DNA of 64,000 bases, from the NCBI GenBank assembly GCA_026416845.1, contig JAOAEL010000003.1, positions 78,047 through 142,046 on the forward strand. Reading direction: 5' to 3'. The position numbers were made by a program, and so were the translations under genes. The notes beneath the pieces are model-generated. The model was given only the letters and a program-made list of their open reading frames with translations, searched no databases and was not told the DNA's origin. The stretch comes from Patescibacteria group bacterium (GTDB lineage: Bacteria > Patescibacteriota > Microgenomatia > UBA8517). Within the stretch, counting starts at the first letter, position 1. Every line of letters begins with the position of its first letter. This document shows, piece by piece, positions 28,004-38,277 of the stretch.

Positions 28004-29728
28004 TTAATTGTTTACCACCAATCTGCTTTTAAGCATTTTTTTGCCTGTTGAATGAGCCGCTTTGATAGCTTCAGCAAATCTGAATTTACTTCTGTCTTTA
28101 ATTGATTCAACGCCATAACTTACAAGCCCTCTTCCAAAACCAGTACCATATTGTCCTATAGCATCAGATGCCATACCATAACCAGCAATAGATTGTCCTA
28201 TTGCACTTCCATAAGCAAAAGGTTGACTAGATATTAAAGACTGAATAAATTCTACTACTTTTGGTGTCATTGCAACGCATGCATAGCTAGCAAAAAGCCA
28301 TAAAAGCGAGATTTGTTCTGATCCAAAAGTCATTGGAGGAGCCCACCCTGAAATTGCGCCTTCATTTCTAAACAGACTACCATTAACACCAAATCCAAAA
28401 AATCCTATCATAAGTGCATTGGGATTTGAGTTATTGAAAACTGGATTTAGGAAATTAAGAAGATCTCGCGAAAATGAATTATCTACAAAAAATGCTCCTG
28501 ATAAAAATATATAAGACATCATAAACAAAACTCCTACAGTAGGATAAACAGCCAAGTTTTGAATGATACTTGAAATCCATTTTCTGAATCCACCAAAACC
28601 TGGATAAACTGAGCCTATAAGTATTTGAAATGGCCCTAAAATAACAAGAAGCAATAAATTTGCGAAAGATTTTATTAATATCCATGATACTTTGAAAAAT
28701 ATAAAGAGCAGTGAAATGCTCAAAACTATTACTAGCACAACAAGTATTGGCTTAAAAAGACCAATAGATACAGATGTTGATAATATTGAAACAAGGTTTG
28801 CTTCTGGTGTGAACAAAACAAAAGAGTAAGCTGCTACAAAACTTTGGAAATAACCAAGCAAGAAACCAATCAAACCTAAACCTCCTGGACCATTAACAAG
28901 TACTTGATATATAGTTAAAGCTGGATTTTGGTTGTTAGACACAAATATGCCTGTTTGCGTAAATGTAATACTAATAAGGCCAATAATTATATACATTAAA
29001 TCTACCGCAAAACCTGCTATTGCATATGAAAAAGTTATCAAAATAAGAGTCTTAAAAACTGTCCATAAAGAAGATTGGACGGTAACAACTGCTTGCGGAG
29101 ATATTTGCATTCGAAACATTATCATAAAGGATAAAAATATAATGACTAAAACAATCAAAACATAAGTTACATCTCTTGCTGCTTGCCATAGACCTCGAAC
29201 TGGAGATAGCCCTCTAAAACCAGTCCCTTGAGAATCTGCTGCAGATTGCGCATAGACATTTGACAAACCAAATTTTTCAATAGAGTTTCTGATATAACCA
29301 ATACCTGAAACTGGACGATCTTGTGTTGTAGAAAATGCAATTACTTCAGCAGAACTTTTTACTCTTTCGGCTATTGACTTTTCGTTTAATGGAGTAGCAT
29401 CTGATATGGGGGTAAACATTCTAGCATACTCAGTTGCACAACCTGTTACATCAAAAGTTATATTGCAAGCTATTATTCTTTTAGGCAGTGGTATTAATTG
29501 AACTAAGGAATAAAAAATCCATTGGACCTGAGCAGCAGTGTACCTTTCTCCAAATATTTCTTGAGGGTTACTATCTTCATAAACTTTTATAAACCACTGA
29601 GGAAATGTTTGATCATACCAAGGACCCACTAACTGAGCATGAACTACCTTTGCGGATGGCAAAATATACAAAAAAGCAAATAAAATTAGCGGGAAAAAAA
29701 GTGATAAAAAAAACTTTTTGTTAAGCAT
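28004..29728 (-). CDS. Polytopic membrane protein, VirB6/TrbL-like
   Basis: Signal peptide, many TM helices, LILITFSYAIAGFAVDL, LLVILGPFQIL...FRKWI; cluster context. Confidence 0.75.
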   Translation of the reverse strand: MLNKKFFLSLFFPLILFAFLYILPSAKVVHAQLVGPWYDQTFPQWFIKVYEDSNPQEIFGERYTAAQVQWIFYSLVQLIPLPKRIIACNITFDVTGCATEYARMFTPISDATPLNEKSIAERVKSSAEVIAFSTTQDRPVSGIGYIRNSIEKFGLSNVYAQSAADSQGTGFRGLSPVRGLWQAARDVTYVLIVLVIIFLSFMIMFRMQISPQAVVTVQSSLWTVFKTLILITFSYAIAGFAVDLMYIIIGLISITFTQTGIFVSNNQNPALTIYQVLVNGPGGLGLIGFLLGYFQSFVAAYSFVLFTPEANLVSILSTSVSIGLFKPILVVLVIVLSISLLFIFFKVSWILIKSFANLLLLVILGPFQILIGSVYPGFGGFRKWISSIIQNLAVYPTVGVLFMMSYIFLSGAFFVDNSFSRDLLNFLNPVFNNSNPNALMIGFFGFGVNGSLFRNEGAISGWAPPMTFGSEQISLLWLFASYACVAMTPKVVEFIQSLISSQPFAYGSAIGQSIAGYGMASDAIGQYGTGFGRGLVSYGVESIKDRSKFRFAEAIKAAHSTGKKMLKSRLVVNN

Positions 29729-29816
29729 AATAAGTAAAAAATTTAAATGTTACCTATTTTGCACTTAGTTTAAATTAAATGATAATTGAATATCATTAAT
29801 TTGTGCAAGAGCCAAA

Positions 29817-32800
29817 CTATCTTTTAATTTTTATTTGATAATATCGTAGTAAATTTTGACCTACAAATTGATCTGGTTCGGACGGAGGGAATTCTTCGAC
29901 TACTCCGTGAATTATTATTTCTTGATTTCTTACACTCGCATCATTATCTGCATTTGCCACAAAGTAATCTGATCTAATACTGTAAATTCTACTCCAATTG
30001 CCAGAAGGATATTTGTATGTGTAATAAATCATTTTATAATCGCCACCGGCCCAAAAAACGTGAATTCCTCCAAGACTGTCCACGCTTATTGATGGATCGC
30101 CCCATACATCTGTTGAATCTGATATTGTTTCTATGTTCCATTCGTTTTGTGAAGATCTAATATCTTTGGATGCTACATACACTCTGGAAAACCTTCTTTC
30201 TTGGCCAATATATCCAATATCTCTAAATGCTACGAAAACTTTTCCTGAAGAATAGGCATGATTTGGATTTGCGTAATCAAACGCTCCTCCTTTGCCTTCC
30301 ACTACCAAAGACTCAAGGTCAAATTGCTTGGTCCTTTCATTAAAATTCAAGAAAAATATGTCGCCTATACTTTTATTTGCTGCTCTTGCCCCTCCATATA
30401 CCAAAGATATTATTCCGTCATTGGAAACAGCTAAATCTGGTTTTTCTCTGCCGTATATTTTGTAAGGGGATGCTCTTCTTGGATCAGACCAACTATTGCC
30501 GTCGTCTGTGGAGTATGAGTACATTACAAAATTTGCGTTTTCATTTGTTGCTTCGTTCCAAACAACAACTGCCAAATCTCCAATTGCTGCCACTCTTGGA
30601 TGATTAATGCTTGGCCTGTTTGTTGCAACAACAATAGGATTTGTTTGTTCTGATATGGAATCAATGTTTGTCAGAGGAGCTTTTTTGAAAAGTATTGTTT
30701 TTGATTCATGAGTCCAAACATAGTAAAGTTTTGAATTTGCGATGTAATTATGTGTAGTTCTATAATCTGCTTGTACTCCATCTCCTTGTCCAACATTTAT
30801 TTGTGATTGTGGAAATCTTTGATCTGAAGATGGTTTGGTTCTCAAAATAGCATTTTTATCATAATTGTATGATAAGTAAGTATGTGTATCATTGGCAGAG
30901 ATTATTGGATTTTTTATGCCTGAAACTATGTTGGTTGATTCTTCTAAGCAAACATTTTCAGATTGTCTAGGTAAATTTGGCAAAATTTCAAACGTAATAT
31001 CTTCAGAAACTTCTTCGGGCATTGTTTGTTCAAACATCCACAAAGCATATATCATATTTGAAAGTAGTTGCTTGGCTGCGGGGCTTGTAACTATGCTTCC
31101 ATCTGTTACACCTCCGCCGTAGTTGGCTCCTTCTGTATTCAGATATATTGCCATTTTTGGATCTTTGCCTAACATAAAGGTAAAAAATTGCATTCTTTTT
31201 GTTGTTGTATTTTCTGAATCCGATTGTCTCCACTCTCTACCACCTTCAAGAATATCCTCCATACTTGCATTTTGTAATTGTCCAAGAAAATCCCTTACTA
31301 AACCTCTGTTTTGGTTAGGATGGGTATAGCTCCAATACCTTGCTCTACTTGATCTGGAGCTATTTTCTACGACTCTTTTTAAAACTTCTTGCAAAGTTTC
31401 ATCTGAACTGCCATAAATTTTTTGAAAGGTTAATTTATACTTTTTTCCTGTTTCTGTTGCCTGAAATCCAGCTACTTGAATAAGAAAATCTTCAGTTCTT
31501 CGGTTTTGATTGTCTACTGGACCTGTATAATAACAGAAATTGCTTATGCTCCATGCACTGTCTGTTCCACCCAAGTTAGATATAGAATTAGAATTTTCGC
31601 CATCGTCGCAATTGTAAAGGTAAGGATCGGGCCAATATGAGTTTCCTGTTTCGTACCAAATCCATGCAGTTGTCAAATACCTTCTGATCCTATCATAGTT
31701 TCTGGATAGCAATTCTCGCTCTGCATTTAACAATTCTGCTGTAGACCTTTTTGCATTTTCATTATTTACAATTTGATTATACAATTGCTGGTATCCTCTT
31801 ATAGTTTGGTTGTAGGTTGCTTCTCTTACCGGATCTGGCAATTTGTAATTTCTTATAATTTGAAGTATTTGCTCCCTTGTTATTTGATTTCCCGGAGGAG
31901 ATGGTTGTCTTGGGCTTGGATTTGGATTTGTGTTATTTTGATCAAGATCTGAACAAGACAAAATTTCTCTTGGTGCTCTTCTGTTTGAAGTTGACGCTGG
32001 GGGTATAAATCTTCCGCCAAATCCTTTTGGTCTCAAGCTGGTTTGTAAACCTTCCAAGAAGTAATGGTATATTCCACCTAAATGAGGGAAATATACATGG
32101 GCACTTGATGGGTCTATTCCACTTCTGAAGTCGCTTAGTCTTATTGTTGTATTTGAAGAGTAAGATGCATAACTTGCCCCCGGCATGTCCCAAAATTGAG
32201 TTATAAAACTGTCTTCGCCTAATTTTGGTAAAATTCTACGTAAAATACTTGTTGGTCCAGCAACTGTTCTTGACCATATAGAGTCTAAAAGAGGGACACG
32301 AGTGTTTACATCGATTGTATTTGGAATAGTATACGAACATGTTGTGCTTATTTCTTCTGGAGGTTCACATCCCCATCCACAAATATAATTCTCTCTACAT
32401 AAATTAAGAGAATTATCAAAACTTCCTTGACAGCTATAATTTGAAGGGGCACATGCTAAAGATCCTGAATTACTACATATTTCTAGAGATTGACAGTTTT
32501 GTTCAAAATGATTTCTGCAAGCATCTGTGGCATTTTCCAGTGGCAAAGGGAATGTACAACTTATTTGAGCTTTGTATGACAATGTTGCTTGAAATCCATC
32601 GGCAAATATTGTGTCTCCAAGTGGTCCATCTCTGTATTCCAAAGCTTGGCAAGCCCCAAAAAAATTGTTTGATATATCGGTATTCCCGCTTAAAAAGACA
32701 TCTCTGAACACATCTTTTTCTAATGCTGGAGCATTTTTGGGTAAGTCGTATGGAACATACATTGATTGCATTATTTCGCTTAATTCTTCGGATTGTTGCA

Positions 32801-34244
32801 AGTGTGGAATGTAAAGATTTGAGGAGAGCCTGTCTCCGGTTAAACTTCTTTCTGTGACTGTCACATTTTCTGGTTGTTCTTGTTCTTGATCAGTTGCTAT
32901 TTGCAAACTATATTCTCCTAATCTGTCTTCTGTTGATGCCATTGGAATATGTTGGAAAAACTCGTCATCTATTGATCTATTTGAAGGATTTTGAATTACG
33001 CTTTGTACTCCTGTTGTAGGATTATCGAAACAAAGAAAAACACCTACTCCTTGCAACCAAGTTGGCACAAGATTGCTTAAAGGTTCTCCTGCCTTAGGAA
33101 ACCTTATTTCACGACAACTTTGACCGCGCCACTCATTTAGATCTCGTACATATTCTGCCCATTCTCTTGTTCCATATTCTTCTTCTTTTGGTGGTATTGC
33201 ATTCCTTCTGGCCCAAAATCCAATTCTTAAGCCAGTTAATTGTGTTATTCCAAAGGTTTGGATTAACGTGTCAAAAATCCGATTACCTGTTGTTATATAA
33301 TTGCAAGGAACTGGAACATTGCCAATTATCATGTTATTAATTCTCATACTTATTATGCATATTATTACTTGGTTATGTCTGGGGGTTGGGTTGTTAAAAG
33401 ATGTTTGATTTTGAGAATTTCTCCCTTGCCCAACTAAGCCTGTTGCTTGTATTTGCCTTTCTCTTGCCAAATGCTGAATTCTTTGTGGAAGCATTTTGTT
33501 TAAAGGTCCAGAATAATCTATGACTTTTCTGAAAGAATCTGGATTTTCGGTAAAAAGTCCTGTTAATGCATTTATTATTCCCATGAAAGGATAGAAATAC
33601 TCAGCGCGATAGGTTACTCCGCCTAAGTACCATGTTAGGTAGTTGTTCATTTTTTGAGCATGATCGATTTCTTCGAAAAGACTGAAAAGATTTGTGTTTC
33701 TTGCGTTTCTTACATTTTGTGTGTTTCCCAAAACTGGCAAATCCAAAGCATCGAGATCGATAGAGATTTGTCTTTCTCTGTTAATATCAAAATTGCAGTT
33801 TTGAGCCAAATTTTCCTCTGTGCATCTTGTTGGGCTTATTTGAGTTGCACCTTGATTGTTTGGTGATAAGATCTGAAATCTTCCTGTTTCAAATTGAAAA
33901 TTTATTTGCACGGTATCTTCCAAAATTATGTCGTTTCCGCAAAAAAGAGCTATTTGCGATTGAGGTGTGTTGTTTGGTAAACAAGGACTTGCCTGATAAG
34001 GTCTCATAGAGTGGAATTCTTCTAACGGGTGACTTGAAAAGAATAGATTTATTGTCGAATTTAAAGGTCTAACTTGGTTGCATGGTACGTTGGGTGTTGG
34101 CATGGCGTTTTGAATTGCGTTTTGGGTTGGTGTGATTGCCGGACTTTGTGCCAAAGTTAGTTTGGTTGATAAAAATAAAAACAAAAAACCATAAAACAAA
34201 TTTGTGAAAAATAAGAAAAAAGCCAAGAATTTTCGAGTGTGCAT
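29817..34244 (-). CDS. Large secreted Cys-rich protein with a C-terminal BNR/Asp-box beta-propeller (adhesin-like)
   Basis: Signal peptide ending LTLA-Q, Cys clusters, Asp-box YSTDDGNSW, repeated P.[IL].V...G.IH.[VF]W blades. Confidence 0.7.
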   Translation of the reverse strand: MHTRKFLAFFLFFTNLFYGFLFLFLSTKLTLAQSPAITPTQNAIQNAMPTPNVPCNQVRPLNSTINLFFSSHPLEEFHSMRPYQASPCLPNNTPQSQIALFCGNDIILEDTVQINFQFETGRFQILSPNNQGATQISPTRCTEENLAQNCNFDINRERQISIDLDALDLPVLGNTQNVRNARNTNLFSLFEEIDHAQKMNNYLTWYLGGVTYRAEYFYPFMGIINALTGLFTENPDSFRKVIDYSGPLNKMLPQRIQHLARERQIQATGLVGQGRNSQNQTSFNNPTPRHNQVIICIISMRINNMIIGNVPVPCNYITTGNRIFDTLIQTFGITQLTGLRIGFWARRNAIPPKEEEYGTREWAEYVRDLNEWRGQSCREIRFPKAGEPLSNLVPTWLQGVGVFLCFDNPTTGVQSVIQNPSNRSIDDEFFQHIPMASTEDRLGEYSLQIATDQEQEQPENVTVTERSLTGDRLSSNLYIPHLQQSEELSEIMQSMYVPYDLPKNAPALEKDVFRDVFLSGNTDISNNFFGACQALEYRDGPLGDTIFADGFQATLSYKAQISCTFPLPLENATDACRNHFEQNCQSLEICSNSGSLACAPSNYSCQGSFDNSLNLCRENYICGWGCEPPEEISTTCSYTIPNTIDVNTRVPLLDSIWSRTVAGPTSILRRILPKLGEDSFITQFWDMPGASYASYSSNTTIRLSDFRSGIDPSSAHVYFPHLGGIYHYFLEGLQTSLRPKGFGGRFIPPASTSNRRAPREILSCSDLDQNNTNPNPSPRQPSPPGNQITREQILQIIRNYKLPDPVREATYNQTIRGYQQLYNQIVNNENAKRSTAELLNAERELLSRNYDRIRRYLTTAWIWYETGNSYWPDPYLYNCDDGENSNSISNLGGTDSAWSISNFCYYTGPVDNQNRRTEDFLIQVAGFQATETGKKYKLTFQKIYGSSDETLQEVLKRVVENSSRSSRARYWSYTHPNQNRGLVRDFLGQLQNASMEDILEGGREWRQSDSENTTTKRMQFFTFMLGKDPKMAIYLNTEGANYGGGVTDGSIVTSPAAKQLLSNMIYALWMFEQTMPEEVSEDITFEILPNLPRQSENVCLEESTNIVSGIKNPIISANDTHTYLSYNYDKNAILRTKPSSDQRFPQSQINVGQGDGVQADYRTTHNYIANSKLYYVWTHESKTILFKKAPLTNIDSISEQTNPIVVATNRPSINHPRVAAIGDLAVVVWNEATNENANFVMYSYSTDDGNSWSDPRRASPYKIYGREKPDLAVSNDGIISLVYGGARAANKSIGDIFFLNFNERTKQFDLESLVVEGKGGAFDYANPNHAYSSGKVFVAFRDIGYIGQERRFSRVYVASKDIRSSQNEWNIETISDSTDVWGDPSISVDSLGGIHVFWAGGDYKMIYYTYKYPSGNWSRIYSIRSDYFVANADNDASVRNQEIIIHGVVEEFPPSEPDQFVGQNLLRYYQIKIKR

Positions 34245-34268
34245 ATACTAAAAACTTAAATTATCATT

Positions 34269-34655
34269 TTATCTGCTTGGTCCTCCTGGTCTGGTATCTC
34301 TTCTTTGAGTTTCCCATTCAGGGCAAGGATTTATTCCATTATATATTCTAAAGCTTGTGATTGTATTTCCTGCTCCTGTGAATGTTGCGATTAAATTTAT
34401 TATAAAAAACGAAAGCACAATAACTACAAGTCCTCCAATAGCATAAGTTAGAGTGCTTTTTGCCTGCTCGACTTTTTGAGAGTTTCCTTCAGATGTTATG
34501 TATTTAAAGCCTCCTATTATTAGATATATAAAAAGTACAATTCCTGCGAATCCCAAAACGTAGCTTAAAATAGTTCCAAATATGTATTCAAGTTGACAGA
34601 GTTGAGCTGCTTCTCTTGTTTGTGTTTGTGCTTTTACTAAACCTGAAAAAAACAT
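34269..34655 (-). CDS. VirB2/TrbC-like pilin of CPR type
   Basis: Two TM helices around GGFKYITSEGNSQKVEQAKSTLTYAIGGL. Confidence 0.88.
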   Translation of the reverse strand: MFFSGLVKAQTQTREAAQLCQLEYIFGTILSYVLGFAGIVLFIYLIIGGFKYITSEGNSQKVEQAKSTLTYAIGGLVVIVLSFFIINLIATFTGAGNTITSFRIYNGINPCPEWETQRRDTRPGGPSR

Positions 34656-34760
34656 ATCATTTTTAATTTATTCTAAAACATGTTTCATTTATTATACACA
34701 TTCGTATGAATTATTTTTTTATTAAATTTAAAATATGATACAATTAATTGCCTGAAATTT

Positions 34761-35363
34761 ATGATTGACAAAACCGTTTATTTTTTAGCGGTTATATTTT
34801 TACTTTTTGTTTTTTTGGCACGCGGTGTTTTTGCTTCGGAAGGCGTGATTGAACTTAATAGTGTTACAGACGATAATCATAAATGTTTTGTTTCTTCTAT
34901 TTTAATGCAAGACTTAAATTTTTTACTTGCTGTGACATGCCGGAATTTATTATATCCCGGAGACAATAGCGTATCTAAGTATTCATTGTGGTCAGTGCCT
35001 CTTGACAACAATGCTTCTCCAGTCAAGCTTGCCGATCTTGGTTGGGGAAGGGTAGAGGTTCGTACTAATGTGCCTTTTAAAGAGCTTTATGTGGTTTCTG
35101 AAAAACAATTTCCAGGTCAGAAATCTGATCAAAAAATTGTTATGAGAGGGGTGGTAAAACCTTTGTCTTTTCTTCTAAACCCCGGAACTCCCACTCCGAC
35201 TCCTTTAGGTTTTTCTGATGTTAATTTTGCCAGTCAAAATAACACAATTGAAAGTTTGAGGGATAAAGTAATAAAATCTTTTCAAAATGCAGGTGTTGCC
35301 ATTTTTTTGATTGTTTTAATTTTTTTGGTTCTGATTTTTGTTGTTTTTAAATCAAAAGGCTAA
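34761..35363 (+). CDS. Hypothetical surface protein (signal peptide, PT linker, C-terminal TM)
   Basis: VFA cleavage motif, GTPTPTP, C-terminal hydrophobic helix. Confidence 0.75.
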   Translation: MIDKTVYFLAVIFLLFVFLARGVFASEGVIELNSVTDDNHKCFVSSILMQDLNFLLAVTCRNLLYPGDNSVSKYSLWSVPLDNNASPVKLADLGWGRVEVRTNVPFKELYVVSEKQFPGQKSDQKIVMRGVVKPLSFLLNPGTPTPTPLGFSDVNFASQNNTIESLRDKVIKSFQNAGVAIFLIVLIFLVLIFVVFKSKG

Positions 35364-35504
35364 TTTTTGATTTTAAACCACACATTGTTTTAGTTTTTGT
35401 TTTTTTGCTTTTGAAAGACGCGCGACATGTGTTATATTATTAATTAGTTAATAATTCAATCTGTACAAAAAATATTTTTGTTTTTTAAAAGTGACTTTTT
35501 ATTT

Positions 35505-35924
35505 ATGGAGGAGGATCTTTTTGGCCCAGATTACCAAAATTTGAACAAAAAGCTTCAAAAAATGATGCCAGATCCTGTAGCTCATAAAAGAACGGAAAAA
35601 CAGGTAAGAGAAGTTTTACGTTTTTTTCAATCTTCGGAAGGTCAAAAAATGCTTTCAAAATTGAAACCTTTAGAACATGAAACTTTGTTTGTTCGCTATA
35701 CTGGTTGCCAAGATATACAGGGAGAAGTTGAAAAATGGAGAGAAACTTTGGGTGAGGATTTTGAATCTTTAGCACTAAAATATCCAGAAAACTTTAGAGA
35801 ATTTTTAAGAGTTACAGGTGTAGGGACAATTTATGGTTATGAAGCTTATTCTCCTGTTCCTATTCCAAAGAGTGTTTATGCGGAACTTGGTTTAACTTTT
35901 GAAGAAAAAAGTGGTAGAGGTTAA
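35505..35924 (+). CDS. Small hypothetical protein, cassette copy 1 gene A
   Basis: Shares TGCxxIQ and ExLRxxxxGxIYG[YF]EA with 37977-38219; ends 11 nt before gene B. Confidence 0.75.
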   Translation: MEEDLFGPDYQNLNKKLQKMMPDPVAHKRTEKQVREVLRFFQSSEGQKMLSKLKPLEHETLFVRYTGCQDIQGEVEKWRETLGEDFESLALKYPENFREFLRVTGVGTIYGYEAYSPVPIPKSVYAELGLTFEEKSGRG

Positions 35925-35935
35925 TTTGTCATCAA

Positions 35936-36784
35936 ATGCAAATAAAAAACGATGTTGCCAAATTTATGCAAGAATCAAATTTAAGCTTGTTTCAGCTTTT
36001 GCTAGTTGTTTCTTGTGAAGAAAAGCAAAAAATTTCACCTTTCTTCCCCATAAATAGTTTGGGAACAATTTGTTATTTGATAATCTATACAATTTATGGC
36101 CAAGATTTGGCTTCTCATGCTTTGAGTCAACTTAGAACTGCGTTTGACTTTGTGAATGATTGTGATTGTGCAATAGAAAAAGGCAATTTTGATATTTCAA
36201 AATTTAGAAATCATGAAGCTTTAGAAAAATTGCGAAAAAGTTTACCTACAACCTTTTTTTCTTCTGTTGTCGAAAGGTTGGCAACACAATCTTTGCCAAT
36301 GTTTGTGAATAACAATAAGTATTATAGTTTTAAAATTGCTAACAACATGCCTTTTGTTTTTGAAGATATTTTAAATTACTTGCAAATAAAATCTGCTGAT
36401 GCTTTTTTATATAGCGCTATAATAGAAGGCATTGCTCCAGATTATATTTCGTATATTCAGCCGTTTTTGTACAGTGTTTGGCAGATGAATGATTTTGTTG
36501 ATGATTGCATAGATTACAATGATGATATTAAAAATAAACAGCCAAATGCTTTTAAAATGATTGAAAATTTGTACCCAAAAGAAGGAGATATATTTGAGTA
36601 TGCCAAAAATTTTTTATCTAAGCTAGAAAGTGAAATTTTGAAAAATAAATTGCCGGAAGAGTTGAGTTATTTGTTAGGCATATCAGAAATTTTTAAAAAG
36701 GCAGGCTTTTCAGTAATTGAAGAATTGAAAAATCAATTTCAAAATAAAAATCAAAATTTTGCGGCTTGTGTTAATCTTGCTTAA
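35936..36784 (+). CDS. Class I isoprenoid/terpene-synthase-fold protein, cassette copy 1 gene B
   Basis: DFVNDCD, YLQIKSAD, WQMNDFVDDCIDYNDD...QPNA Asp-rich motifs; paralog of 38278-39084. Confidence 0.65.
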   Translation: MQIKNDVAKFMQESNLSLFQLLLVVSCEEKQKISPFFPINSLGTICYLIIYTIYGQDLASHALSQLRTAFDFVNDCDCAIEKGNFDISKFRNHEALEKLRKSLPTTFFSSVVERLATQSLPMFVNNNKYYSFKIANNMPFVFEDILNYLQIKSADAFLYSAIIEGIAPDYISYIQPFLYSVWQMNDFVDDCIDYNDDIKNKQPNAFKMIENLYPKEGDIFEYAKNFLSKLESEILKNKLPEELSYLLGISEIFKKAGFSVIEELKNQFQNKNQNFAACVNLA

Positions 36785-37205
36785 GTTTAAGCAAGATTAC
36801 AGAAATTTATATTTATTGAACTGATTTTGATAAACTTTGAAAGTAAATTTTCAATAAAGTAAAAATATTGCGTTATTTTTATGCAGGTTTTTAATTATTT
36901 AGTAATTAAAATAAAAAAGGTATAAATTAAACAAAAAAATAACAAAGTAAAAACTCTAAACATCCTCAAGAAACCAATTTTAGTTTTACAAAAAAACTTA
37001 AAAGCTTTTAATTTAAAACTAAATATTTGGTTTGTTTTTTGCAAATAGTTTTAGATTAAGAAAATCTGGTTTTTATTCGCAATAGTAAAATAATGTATGT
37101 AAATTTTCTTATTTGGTTTGTATAGCTTAAAATTTTGATAAAGATAAAAATTTAGGTAGTTTTGTAAATTTTTGGTTTTAAAAGTGTTTTGATATAAAAA
37201 ATTAA

Positions 37206-37727
37206 ATGAGAATATCTAAAAAATTTTTTACACGAGATGTTTTAGAAGTTGCTCCAGATCTGCTTGGCAAGTTTATTTGCAGAAAATTTAAAGATGGTTC
37301 TATCCAGAGAAATTTTATTGTTGAGGTTGAGGCCTACAGAGGAGAGGAAGATATGGCTTGTCATGCTAGGTTTGGAAAAACCAGACGTAATCAGGTGATG
37401 TATGAGGAGGGAGGTAAAATCTATGTCTACCTGATTTATGGCATGTATTGGATGCTTAATATAGTTACAGGCGGTAAGGCAGATCCTCAAGCCGTTTTGA
37501 TAAGGGGAGTTGAAGATTTAACTGGTCCCGGTAGAGTTGGGAAGTGGCTTTTGCTGGATAAGAGTTTTTATGGCGAAGATGTTACGACAAGTAAGCGTTT
37601 ATGGATTGAGCAAGGGAGTATTTTTGGCAAATTTTTTGTAAAACAAACTTCCAGAATTGGGGTAGATTATGCAGGAGAGTGGGCTAAAAAACCGTGGCGT
37701 TTTGTGCTGGTGGAAAGAAGAAAGTGA
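37206..37727 (+). CDS. mpg: DNA-3-methyladenine glycosylase (MPG/AAG family)
   Basis: IVEVEAYRG.ED.ACHA, YVYLIYGMYWMLNIV, AVLIRG, GPG, RIGV. Confidence 0.93.
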   Translation: MRISKKFFTRDVLEVAPDLLGKFICRKFKDGSIQRNFIVEVEAYRGEEDMACHARFGKTRRNQVMYEEGGKIYVYLIYGMYWMLNIVTGGKADPQAVLIRGVEDLTGPGRVGKWLLLDKSFYGEDVTTSKRLWIEQGSIFGKFFVKQTSRIGVDYAGEWAKKPWRFVLVERRK

Positions 37728-37976
37728 ACTTGCTTGTAAACAGAAAAAGCTAGCCTATACTAGTTTTACAGATTGACTTACCAATTGCTTGTCCTAGATT
37801 TAAGAGCATGAATTTTTGAAAGCGTTTTATTTTTTATCTTTTTTTGCTCTAGTGCTAGAAGGTTCACACGAGCTTTCACTTGTAGTGTGGTTTCTTGTGT
37901 ATGTATAATTTGAAAAAGACACTTGACTTAGAATTTTTTGATTACTACACTTAATCCCAGATGGTATTTAGTTAAT

Positions 37977-38219
37977 ATGGGAAGAGGAGATAGTGAAAGT
38001 CCCGAAACAGAATATATCAAGAGCACTGGCTGTAGGCACATTCAAGAAGTTATTGCTCGGATAGAAAAAGCTGGATTTAGTTTAGAAGAATTTAAAGGAA
38101 CCAATGCTTATGAGGAGTTGTTAAGAACTGTACAAACTGGAGAAATTTATGGGTTTGAAGCAGCACCGCGTAGAAACGAAGATAAAAATAACAGTCCGAG
38201 ACGTGGTAGTAGGAGTTGA
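37977..38219 (+). CDS. Small hypothetical protein, cassette copy 2 gene A
   Basis: STGCRHIQ...EELLRTVQTGEIYGFEA, homologous to the C-terminal half of 35505-35924. Confidence 0.72.
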   Translation: MGRGDSESPETEYIKSTGCRHIQEVIARIEKAGFSLEEFKGTNAYEELLRTVQTGEIYGFEAAPRRNEDKNNSPRRGSRS

Positions 38220-38277
38220 AGATGTGCCTGAATGCTACTAAAATCACTCTTTTCGCCGTAATTTTTATTTTATTTGT

